NCBI GenBank assembly: GCA_017958705.1
Contig: JAGDCE010000030.1
Location: 1-43,050, forward strand
DNA: 43,050 nucleotides
Source of the DNA: Clostridia bacterium
Lineage (GTDB): Bacteria > Bacillota > Clostridia > Oscillospirales > CAG-272
Direction: 5' to 3'
Shown piece after piece: positions 36,403 to 43,050 of this stretch. Positions within the stretch are counted from its first letter, which is position 1. Each line of letters begins with the position of its first letter. The notes beneath the pieces are model-generated. The model was not told the DNA's origin, did not search any database, and saw only the letters and a list, made by a program, of their open reading frames with translations. The position numbers were made by a program, and so were the translations under genes.

Positions 36403-37881
36403 TCAGAGTATGATGCATATCATACCGCTGCTGCCCTCATTAATGACGCGCTGCAGCGTCTCGGCAAACTTTTGTCTCGTCTGCTCCGACAGCCGCTCCG
36501 TCTTCTGCGAAAGCCCCTCGTCAGCCAGTTCTTTCAAGGTCTTTCCGAACATGTTCGTATTCCAGAGATTTTCCGGCGCGCGGTCGAATTCGTCCGACAG
36601 ATACTTCACAAGATCGCTTGATTGCTGCTCCGTGCCGACGACCGGATTTATCTCCGTCATTACGTCGACGCCGATCATGTGCGTCGTATGCGCCGTTACT
36701 GAAAGCTTTACGCCGTATCCGCCGGTCTGCTTGACTACCTTAGGCGCCTCGATCGTCATGTCGGTCAGCTCCGGCCCGGCGATTCCGTAGCCCGTTTCCT
36801 CCGTCTGCTTCAGTGCCTTCGCGTACTTTCCGTATATCAGCTCGTTCTGCCTCATTCTCTTCACTGCTGTGAAAAGATCCGCGTCGTTTTTTATATCGCA
36901 GCCGGATATCTCCGACACCGACGCGTAATACAGCCCCGGATCGGTCGCCGCCGTCACAGTCACGCGTCCCGTTCCGTAGTCCGTTCCGTCTATCGTGACA
37001 GATGCGACGTTCTCGTCGTCCGTCATGTGCGACAGCGCGTCCGCCGCGTCTTTTATCTTATCCACACGCGAGCAGATTTTCAGCGCCGTTTCCCTTATCG
37101 ATCTGTTGACCGCATGCCCGTATCCGAGCGCCGAAAGATAATCCGGCAGCATTATGTCGAATTCCGTGACCGGAAACTGCGGCAAAATCATTTCAAGTAT
37201 CCGCACGATATCGTCGCCGTCGAGCTGCGTGCAGTTGACGAGCGCGACCGGCGCCCCGTATTTTTCCTCAAGCTCATACGCGAGCGCGTTGCTTTGCGGA
37301 TCGCGGGTGTCCGCGCAGTTGAGTATCACGACGAACGGTTTGCCGTACTTTTTAAGCTCCGCCGCCGTCTTTTCCTCCGCTGTGACGTAGTTTTCGCGCG
37401 GTATTTCTCCGATCGTACCGTCCGTCGTCACGAGCATTGCGATAGTGCAGTGCTCCGATATGACTTTACGCGTCCCGAACTCGGCCGCCTCGTCGAAGCT
37501 CATCGCATCCTGCGACCACGGCGTATGTACCATTCTCGGCTTGCCGTCCTCCGTCAGTCCTTCCGCGCCTTCCACGATGAAGCCCACGCAATCTATCATC
37601 CGCAAAAGAAACGAAGACGTGCCGTCAACTTTGACCGTAACGGCCTTTTCCGGTATGAATTTCGGTTCGGTCGTCATCACGGTCTTTCCCTGCGAGCTCT
37701 GAGGCAGCTCGTCTCTCGCACGGCGTCTTTCCGCATCGTCTTCTATGTTCGGCAGAACGAGCGTTTCCATAAAGCGTTTTATAAACGTGGATTTTCCGCT
37801 CCTCACGGGTCCCACGACGCCTACGTATATCTGCCCGTCCGTCCTTTTTGCGATATTTTCGTATATTTCGTTGCCGTTCAT
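36403..37881 (-). CDS. spoIVA: Stage IV sporulation protein A (spore coat morphogenetic ATPase)
   Basis: Preferred start is ATG 37881 (MNGNEIYENIAKRTDGQIYVGVVGPVRSGKSTFIKRFME, Walker A), preceded by GGAGGG. Collinear with SpoIVA throughout. A sigma-E-type promoter is expected in 37882-37952 but I could not place it confidently. Confidence 0.93.
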   Translation of the reverse strand: MNGNEIYENIAKRTDGQIYVGVVGPVRSGKSTFIKRFMETLVLPNIEDDAERRRARDELPQSSQGKTVMTTEPKFIPEKAVTVKVDGTSSFLLRMIDCVGFIVEGAEGLTEDGKPRMVHTPWSQDAMSFDEAAEFGTRKVISEHCTIAMLVTTDGTIGEIPRENYVTAEEKTAAELKKYGKPFVVILNCADTRDPQSNALAYELEEKYGAPVALVNCTQLDGDDIVRILEMILPQFPVTEFDIMLPDYLSALGYGHAVNRSIRETALKICSRVDKIKDAADALSHMTDDENVASVTIDGTDYGTGRVTVTAATDPGLYYASVSEISGCDIKNDADLFTAVKRMRQNELIYGKYAKALKQTEETGYGIAGPELTDMTIEAPKVVKQTGGYGVKLSVTAHTTHMIGVDVMTEINPVVGTEQQSSDLVKYLSDEFDRAPENLWNTNMFGKTLKELADEGLSQKTERLSEQTRQKFAETLQRVINEGSSGMICIIL

Positions 37882-37952
37882 ATCATCCCTCCGCTGTATA
37901 CGTTTCGATATATGTATATTCACGGTTTGCGGGATTATGCGCGGCGCGCCGA

Positions 37953-38696
37953 TTATTTCACCGGCGAATAAAGCACGGCCTTACCGTCACGTCCCGTTTC
38001 TTTTATGACGCCCATATATTCGAGCAACTTCAGCGTACGCCAGGCGTTTGCGCCTTCTCTCATTTTCAGGATATTATAAATCTGCTTCGCCCTGTACTCG
38101 CCGTCCGGGATTTCGGGACACATCTGTTTCATATCAGAAATTCCGCTGAATTCGCTGATCCCGACGAGAGCGGCGGGCACTTTGTCATACTTGGCGGCGC
38201 GGATCTTTCTGTCCGCGCCGTATCCGTTGAGCAGACGCACGTCATCGCATTCAACATATGCGACCGTCAGCGTAAGTGAAGGATCGTCAAGATATTCCCG
38301 CACGGCGTAAAGCTGAGGCAAAAAATCAGAATAAGTCCCGCGTTTACCCGAAAGCCTGCGGGATACGGATTCGCCCGTCTCCGGATCGATCCAGACGACG
38401 TATCTTTTGACAATAAGCGGGTATATAACGTTTACTTTATAATGCGGCAAAAACACAGCGAGCTTGTCCTTAAGATGTGAAAAGTTTCCCGTCTGTATCT
38501 CGTATACGGTCTCACCGTCGAACGCATCGCAGATTTTTCCGCAAAGCTGTTTCTCATGCATCGATTCGTCCGGGCAGAAATAATACTTGAGAGTTTTATG
38601 AAGAGTTTTTTCTTTATAAGTTCCGATATCTCCCCCGTCTACGCGCGCTTCGAGCGCTGTTTGGAATCGCATACCGTCCGCTTTGATTTCCGTCAT
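37953..38696 (-). CDS. Hypothetical protein: PD-(D/E)XK-like (CoiA-like EIQ motif) N-domain + probable C-terminal winged helix
   Basis: Preferred start is ATG 38696 (MTEIKADG), preceded by GAGGTGA. Motif string TLHKTLK...HEKQL...ICDAF..ETVYEIQTGNF..LKDK resembles restriction-endonuclease-fold cores. The C-terminus YNILKMREGANAWRTLKLLEYMGVIKETGRDGKAVLY looks wHTH-like. The assignment is tentative. Confidence 0.45.
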   Translation of the reverse strand: MTEIKADGMRFQTALEARVDGGDIGTYKEKTLHKTLKYYFCPDESMHEKQLCGKICDAFDGETVYEIQTGNFSHLKDKLAVFLPHYKVNVIYPLIVKRYVVWIDPETGESVSRRLSGKRGTYSDFLPQLYAVREYLDDPSLTLTVAYVECDDVRLLNGYGADRKIRAAKYDKVPAALVGISEFSGISDMKQMCPEIPDGEYRAKQIYNILKMREGANAWRTLKLLEYMGVIKETGRDGKAVLYSPVK

Positions 38697-38787
38697 ATCA
38701 TCACCTCGCGGATATGATATCATATATGCGCCGTTCAATCAAGCCCCCGGCGCGATAAAAAAACAAATATTCTTTGAAATTTATGCA

Positions 38788-38816
38788 TTGATTTTTTCAT
38801 CATCGCGATATACAAT
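38788..38816 (+). promoter_or_regulatory. Candidate sigma-A promoter for the HPr-like gene and the carboxypeptidase gene
   Basis: TTGATT (38788-38793), a 17 nt spacer, then TACAAT (38811-38816). SD AAAGGAAGG precedes ATG 38849. Confidence 0.4.
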
Positions 38817-38848
38817 ATAAATATACTGAATGAAAGGAAGGTAACAAA

Positions 38849-39076
38849 ATGAAAAATCTTGTTATAAGACTCAGGGAGATCAAGGACGTGTATGATTTCG
38901 TGGGTATAGTTACCTCGTATCCCGGAGATATAGACATCGTCAGCGGACGTTACAGAGTCAACGCAAAGAGCATAATGGGTATATTCGCGCTCGACCTCAC
39001 CCAGCCTCTCGATCTTGAGATATACGGCGACGATCCCGATTCGGTGACTGATAAACTCAGCCGTTTCCTTGCGTAA
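38849..39076 (+). CDS. HPr-fold protein lacking the catalytic His15 region (HPr/Crh-like)
   Basis: 75 aa. RVNAKSIMGIFALDL matches the Ser46 region of HPr/Crh (KVNAKSIMGLMSL). The N-terminal GxHARPA motif is absent (replaced by DVYDFVGIV). Confidence 0.65.
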   Translation: MKNLVIRLREIKDVYDFVGIVTSYPGDIDIVSGRYRVNAKSIMGIFALDLTQPLDLEIYGDDPDSVTDKLSRFLA

Positions 39077-39136
39077 TCCCGCATAAGTCTATCCGCCTTT
39101 TTCATATACTGTACAAACCATAAAGGAGTACGGTTT

Positions 39137-40276
39137 ATGAAAAAGGCTTTTTCTTTGTTTTTGATCACATCTCTGCTCTTTTCCATTGCCGCGCCGTGCC
39201 GCGCGGTCGAGTTTACGGAAGAGCTGAACTGCCGCTCGGCTATACTGATCGAGGCGGGCTCCGGCGCCGTGCTGTATGAAAAGAACGCCGATCAGCCGCT
39301 GCCGCCGGCGTCCGTCACGAAGATCATGACGCTGCTGCTTGTCTGCGAGGCGCTCGACTCCGGTAAAGTCGGGCTCGGCGATGTTGTACCGGTATCCGAG
39401 AACGCGTCGAAGATGGGCGGATCTCAGGTGTATCTGAAGGTCGGCGAGCAGATGACGCTTCAGGATATGTTGAAATCCGTCGTCGTGTCAAGCGCGAACG
39501 ACTGCGCCGTCGCGCTCGCCGAATATATCGCCGGGAGTGAGACCGCGTTCGTCTCGATGATGAACGAACACGCCGAAAAGCTCGGCATGAAGAACACGAA
39601 TTTTGAAAACGTGACGGGGCTTGACGACACCGTGAAAAATCACGTCTGCTCCGCTCGCGATATCGCGATAATGTCGGCGGAGCTATTAAAGCACGCTTAT
39701 ATCACGCAGTACACGACGATATGGATGGATACGATTAGAGACGGTCAGTTCGGTTTAACGAACACAAACCGGCTCATACGCTTCTATAAAGGCTGCAACG
39801 GCCTTAAAACGGGCATGACGGCGAAGGCGGGCTACTGCGTATCCGCGACCGCTGAGCGCGGCGGGATGCAGCTGATAGCCGTCATAATGGGTTCGCCGAG
39901 CCGTGATATAAGAAACGAAGCCGCTTCGAAACTGCTCGATTTCGGCTTTGCAAATTACGGCGTTTATTCCGTACCCGGCGAGGAGCTTCCGCCGCTTAAG
40001 CTTACCGGCTCGCTCGGGCCGGAGCTGAAGATCAGGCACGGCGATTTCAGCGTCCTTCTGCCGTCGTCGGACCTGCGCGAGGTCATCTATGAAACGCATC
40101 TGCCCGATCACGCCGAGGCGCCGCTGAAAGAAGGTGACGAGATCGGAAGGATTGAATTTTTCTGCCGCGGAAAGCCGGTCGGCGAGACCGCGATAACCGC
40201 ATGCGAGGACGCGCCGCGCATCGGATACGGCGCCATGCTCGCGCGTATGCTGTCACATTTTCTGATGTTAAAATAA
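39137..40276 (+). CDS. D-alanyl-D-alanine carboxypeptidase (peptidase S11, DacB/DacF-like low-MW PBP)
   Basis: Signal peptide [23 protein letters not shown]. Motifs SVTK (SxxK), SSAND (SxN) and KTGMT (KTG). C-terminal PBP5-type beta domain. Confidence 0.9.
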   Translation: MKKAFSLFLITSLLFSIAAPCRAVEFTEELNCRSAILIEAGSGAVLYEKNADQPLPPASVTKIMTLLLVCEALDSGKVGLGDVVPVSENASKMGGSQVYLKVGEQMTLQDMLKSVVVSSANDCAVALAEYIAGSETAFVSMMNEHAEKLGMKNTNFENVTGLDDTVKNHVCSARDIAIMSAELLKHAYITQYTTIWMDTIRDGQFGLTNTNRLIRFYKGCNGLKTGMTAKAGYCVSATAERGGMQLIAVIMGSPSRDIRNEAASKLLDFGFANYGVYSVPGEELPPLKLTGSLGPELKIRHGDFSVLLPSSDLREVIYETHLPDHAEAPLKEGDEIGRIEFFCRGKPVGETAITACEDAPRIGYGAMLARMLSHFLMLK

Positions 40277-40292
40277 ATGTTAATTTTAAGAC

Positions 40293-40321
40293 TTGCAATA
40301 TCTCAACTTACGGTTTACAAT
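40293..40321 (+). promoter_or_regulatory. Candidate sigma-A promoter for pgi
   Basis: TTGCAA (40293-40298), a 17 nt spacer, then TACAAT (40316-40321). Confidence 0.5.
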
Positions 40322-40350
40322 TAAAGAAAAACCGAAAGGGATATTGTGTT

Positions 40351-41691
40351 ATGGCGATCAGTTTGAAAACAGGCTTCTGCGAAGGATTCGTATCCGGAAA
40401 AGACGTTGAGCTCATTAAGCCGGAAGTCATCGCGGCGAGAAAAACGCTTGAAGAAGGTACGGGAAAAGGCTCCGACTTCACCGGATGGGTCAGACTTCCG
40501 TACAACTATGACAGAGAGGAATACGCTCGGATCCTGGAGGCGGCGAAACGCATCCAAAAGGACTGCGACGTGTTCATCGTTATAGGCATAGGCGGTTCTT
40601 ATCTCGGAGCGCGCGCGGCGATCGAATTCGTAAAAAGCCCGCTTTACAATTCGCTTGAAAAGGATACTCCCGATATATATTTCGCGGGCAACAGCATAAG
40701 CCCGACGGCGCTTTCAGAACTTTTGCAGATCTGCGAAGGCAAGGACGTCTGCGTCAACGTGATAAGCAAATCCGGCACTACGACCGAGCCCGCCGTCGCT
40801 TTCCGCATCTTCCGCGAGCTTCTCGTAAACAGATACGGCAAGGAAGAAGCCGTAAAACGCATCTACGTTACGACGGACAAGGCGCGCGGCGCGCTCAAAA
40901 AACTTGCCGACGCCGAAGGCTGCGAGACTTTCGTCGTTCCGGACGACATAGGCGGCAGATATTCAGTACTTACGGCTGTCGGTCTGCTTCCGATAGCGGT
41001 CGCCGGTATAGACACCGACGAAATGCTTCGCGGAGCGTATGACGCCGCCGAAAAGTTCAGGGGATCGGATTTTGAAGAAAACGACGCGATGAAATACGCG
41101 GCGTACAGGAATATTCTTTACAGATCCGGAAAGACCACGGAGATCATGGCGTCGTACGAGGCCGGATACGCGATGATGAACGAATGGTGGAAACAGCTCT
41201 ACGGCGAAAGCGAAGGCAAGGACGGCAAAGGCCTGTTCCCCGCCTCGGTCATTTTCTCGACGGATCTCCATTCGCTCGGTCAGTACATCCAGGACGGCAG
41301 AAGAAATCTGTTCGAAACCGTCATCAGCTTCAAGACGCCCACGGTCGACGTTGAGATACCGTTCGACGCCGAAAATTCCGACGGGCTGAACTTCCTCGCC
41401 GGTAAAACGCTTTTTGAAGCCAACGCCAAAGCGGAAGCGGCGACGATACTCGCGCACTGCGACGGCGGCGTGCCGAATCTCGTGCTGCAGTTTGACAAAA
41501 AAGATGCGTACAACTTCGGTTACGCGGTGTATTTCTTCGAATACGCCTGCGGCATATCCGGTTACACTCTCGGCGTGAATCCGTTCGATCAGCCCGGCGT
41601 CGAAGCGTATAAAAAGAATATGTACGCGCTTCTCGGCAAGCCCGGATTCGAAGAACGCGCCGCGGAGCTTCGCGCAAGGATCGGAGAATGA
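40351..41691 (+). CDS. pgi: Glucose-6-phosphate isomerase (Firmicute ~450 aa type)
   Basis: Preferred start is ATG 40351 (MAISLKTGF...) with GAAAGGG SD. The longer track ORF from 40201 overlaps the upstream gene. Motifs [34 protein letters not shown]. Confidence 0.93.
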   Translation: MAISLKTGFCEGFVSGKDVELIKPEVIAARKTLEEGTGKGSDFTGWVRLPYNYDREEYARILEAAKRIQKDCDVFIVIGIGGSYLGARAAIEFVKSPLYNSLEKDTPDIYFAGNSISPTALSELLQICEGKDVCVNVISKSGTTTEPAVAFRIFRELLVNRYGKEEAVKRIYVTTDKARGALKKLADAEGCETFVVPDDIGGRYSVLTAVGLLPIAVAGIDTDEMLRGAYDAAEKFRGSDFEENDAMKYAAYRNILYRSGKTTEIMASYEAGYAMMNEWWKQLYGESEGKDGKGLFPASVIFSTDLHSLGQYIQDGRRNLFETVISFKTPTVDVEIPFDAENSDGLNFLAGKTLFEANAKAEAATILAHCDGGVPNLVLQFDKKDAYNFGYAVYFFEYACGISGYTLGVNPFDQPGVEAYKKNMYALLGKPGFEERAAELRARIGE

Positions 41692-41692
41692 G

Positions 41693-41711
41693 CCTAAATT
41701 TGAATTTTAGG
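41693..41711 (+). terminator. Weak AT-rich hairpin after pgi (possible terminator)
   Basis: CCTAAA (41693-41698) / TTTAGG (41706-41711), a 6 bp stem with no clear T-run. Low confidence. Confidence 0.2.
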
Positions 41712-41741
41712 TAAATTCCGCGCAAAAATCACAAAAATCAC

Positions 41742-41770
41742 TTGCATTTTCCACATACATACTGTATAAT
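41742..41770 (+). promoter_or_regulatory. Candidate sigma-A promoter for the small P-loop-like gene
   Basis: TTGCAT (41742-41747), a 17 nt spacer, then TATAAT (41765-41770). SD GGAGG lies 7-8 nt before ATG 41802. Confidence 0.55.
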
Positions 41771-41801
41771 GGAATCAGATACAGCAAACGGAGGTTTTAA
41801 T

Positions 41802-42218
41802 ATGTTATCACTTATTGTCGGCGTAAAAGGTACCGGTAACACAAAGCACCTGATCGACTTGACCAACAAGGCTCTTGCAGAATCGAAAGGCAACGTCGTA
41901 TGTCTTGAAAAAGGAAACAAACTCAGGTATGATATCAAGCATCAGGCAAGGCTGATCGACACGAGCGAGTATTTCATTGAGGACGGTCAGTCGCTTTACG
42001 GTTTTATCGCCGGCATCCTCGCAAGCGACCACGATATCACGCACATCTTTATCGACTCCGCGCTGAAGATCTGCGGTAACGATACGGAGACGTTTGACAG
42101 ATTCCTTGACGAATGCGGCAAGCTCGTCGCGCTGCGTGACGGACTCGAGGTCGTCGCCACCGCTTCGATCGCCGTTGAGAACGTCACCGAAACGATGAAA
42201 AAATACATAGAAAAATAA
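41802..42218 (+). CDS. Hypothetical small protein with degenerate Walker A/B-like motifs
   Basis: 138 aa from ATG 41802. GVKGTGNTK (GxxGxGNT; Asn where the Walker Lys is expected) and HIFIDSA (hhhhD). I recognise no family. Confidence 0.55.
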   Translation: MLSLIVGVKGTGNTKHLIDLTNKALAESKGNVVCLEKGNKLRYDIKHQARLIDTSEYFIEDGQSLYGFIAGILASDHDITHIFIDSALKICGNDTETFDRFLDECGKLVALRDGLEVVATASIAVENVTETMKKYIEK

Positions 42219-42220
42219 AA

Positions 42221-42244
42221 AAACGGGCAAACGCCCGTTTTTTT
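42221..42244. terminator. Bidirectional rho-independent terminator between convergent genes
   Basis: AAACGGGC (42221-42228) / GCCCGTTT (42233-42240), loop AAAC, flanked by an A-run upstream and a T-run downstream. It works on both strands. Confidence 0.75.
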
Positions 42245-42584
42245 ATCCGCGCCGCTCATCTGTCAGCGGCCTGTCCCAGAAGATCTTTCCGCCGTGCTCG
42301 GATGCTGTCGCATCGGCAGTTTCACGGAGGCCGTCAAGATACACGGCCTCTTTTTTCTTTGATCTTCTGCCCTTCCCCTCGAAAACGGTCTTTGAAAAAT
42401 ACGCGTCGTACGACACCGCGAAATCCTCCTCGTCTCTGTGCGGGAAGAAGTTGACCGAGACGTCGTATCTGATCATCCCGCAATCGGATTCCGCCGTCAG
42501 TTTCACAGCCGCCGCGCGGCGCGGTACGCCGTTGTGCTCGCATTCGCCTTCAAAATATCTTTCGTAAACGTCCGTCGTTTTCAT
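42243..42584 (-). CDS. Hypothetical protein (113 aa)
   Basis: ORF with normal composition ending at the bidirectional terminator. No recognisable motif. Confidence 0.5.
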   Translation of the reverse strand: MKTTDVYERYFEGECEHNGVPRRAAAVKLTAESDCGMIRYDVSVNFFPHRDEEDFAVSYDAYFSKTVFEGKGRRSKKKEAVYLDGLRETADATASEHGGKIFWDRPLTDERRG

Positions 42585-42616
42585 TATCGCTCCCCCGATC
42601 GTTTTTTATCACGGTC

Positions 42617-42955
42617 TCAGCGCATCTGCAGCACGACGTTTTTGATCGTGTCGAGAAACGCTTCCTCACCGACCGTGTTGATTTTGTAAAACATTGCCTG
42701 ACTTCCGCCCGAGGTTATCGCGCAAAGACGGATCACGCCGTCTTCGCCCTCGAACATCGTAACGTTCATGCTGACGCGGTTCCCGCCGAACCAGCTGTAT
42801 CTTTCGAATACGCGAACCGCGCAGCGCGTTTGCCCGGACGTGAAGTCGCAGCCGTCCTCAAGCGTCGCGGACGTGCTTGCGGACAGCACTCCCTCCTCGA
42901 TCGCTTTTACGGTGCCGTCAAAATCGCCTCTCAGATCCGCCGTAAATTTTGCCAT
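42617..42955 (-). CDS. Hypothetical protein (112 aa), small conserved-looking alpha/beta protein
   Basis: ATG 42955 preceded by GGCAGGGAG. Sequence MAKFTADLRGDFDG...SWFGGNRVSMNVTMFEG. It may belong to a DUF family of Firmicutes, which I cannot verify. Confidence 0.5.
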   Translation of the reverse strand: MAKFTADLRGDFDGTVKAIEEGVLSASTSATLEDGCDFTSGQTRCAVRVFERYSWFGGNRVSMNVTMFEGEDGVIRLCAITSGGSQAMFYKINTVGEEAFLDTIKNVVLQMR

Positions 42956-42964
42956 CTCCCTGCC

Positions 42965-43050
42965 TCACTTTCCGTTCGTTATGATATTGTACACTTTTGC
43001 CGGATCCTTGACGTTAGAGATCACGATACTTCCCTGATTCTGCCCCGGCA
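42965..43050 (-). CDS. Possible 3' end of a further minus-strand gene (window-truncated)
   Basis: Open frame from the window edge reads ...PGQNQGSIVISNVKDPAKVYNIITNGK, with a TGA stop at 42967-42965. Only 28 codons are visible. Confidence 0.3.
   Translation of the reverse strand, partial: PGQNQGSIVISNVKDPAKVYNIITNGK

Noticed and set aside
37882-37952. Sigma-E-type promoter upstream of spoIVA
   Set aside because: ATA/CATA-like elements are present (GAATATA ... TATACA). Their spacing and closeness to the SD did not allow a confident call, so it is not listed as a feature.
40201-40350. N-terminal extension of pgi (track ORF starting at 40201)
   Set aside because: The extension overlaps the 3' end of the carboxypeptidase gene and the intergenic promoter, and is Arg-rich. 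ATG 40351 with an SD gives a normal 446 aa Pgi.
1-43050. Mobile elements, prophage or defence islands
   Set aside because: No integrase, transposase, recombinase, terminal inverted repeats, tRNA attachment site or recognisable defence-system genes were seen. The content is almost entirely conserved housekeeping.

Overview
This window looks like a core chromosomal segment of a spore-forming Firmicute, probably Clostridia-like (spoIVA, ylmC/ymxH, whiA; PolC plus DnaE). All identifications were made by eye from motifs and synteny, with no searches or computations. Two + strand membrane-protein genes come first. From 4051 to 38738 every gene lies on the minus strand, in three groups. (1) The ribosome/lipid/isoprenoid/replication cluster rpsB-tsf-pyrH-frr-uppS-cdsA-dxr-rseP-ispG-polC. 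(2) The cluster nusB-(TsaD-like)-xseA-xseB-ispA-[about 600 nt noncoding]-4TM protein-tlyA-nadK-argR-recN-tyrS-ylmC. (3) spoIVA-murB-whiA-dnaE-PBP1A-lipoprotein. The right end holds + strand genes (HPr-like, D-Ala-D-Ala carboxypeptidase, pgi, a small P-loop-like protein) and small uncharacterised minus-strand ORFs. I saw no rRNA, tRNA, CRISPR array, transposase, integrase or prophage signature. The most notable points are: (a) a roughly 0.6 kb ORF-free, hairpin-rich segment between ispA and a 4-TM protein, which by synteny I call an OLE (ornate, large, extremophilic) RNA with its partner OapA; (b) murB interrupted by one in-frame TGA at a conserved Leu position; (c) an 0.8 kb T-rich noncoding island between convergent yfcC and polC with at least four degenerate tandem ~70 bp repeats and a possible small transcription unit; (d) a TVP38/DedA-PlsC-zinc-ribbon fusion protein; (e) several regulatory-looking hairpins (over the ylmC SD/start, just upstream of nusB) and a long rpsB leader. 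Long antisense ORFs in the track are rejected as shadow ORFs.
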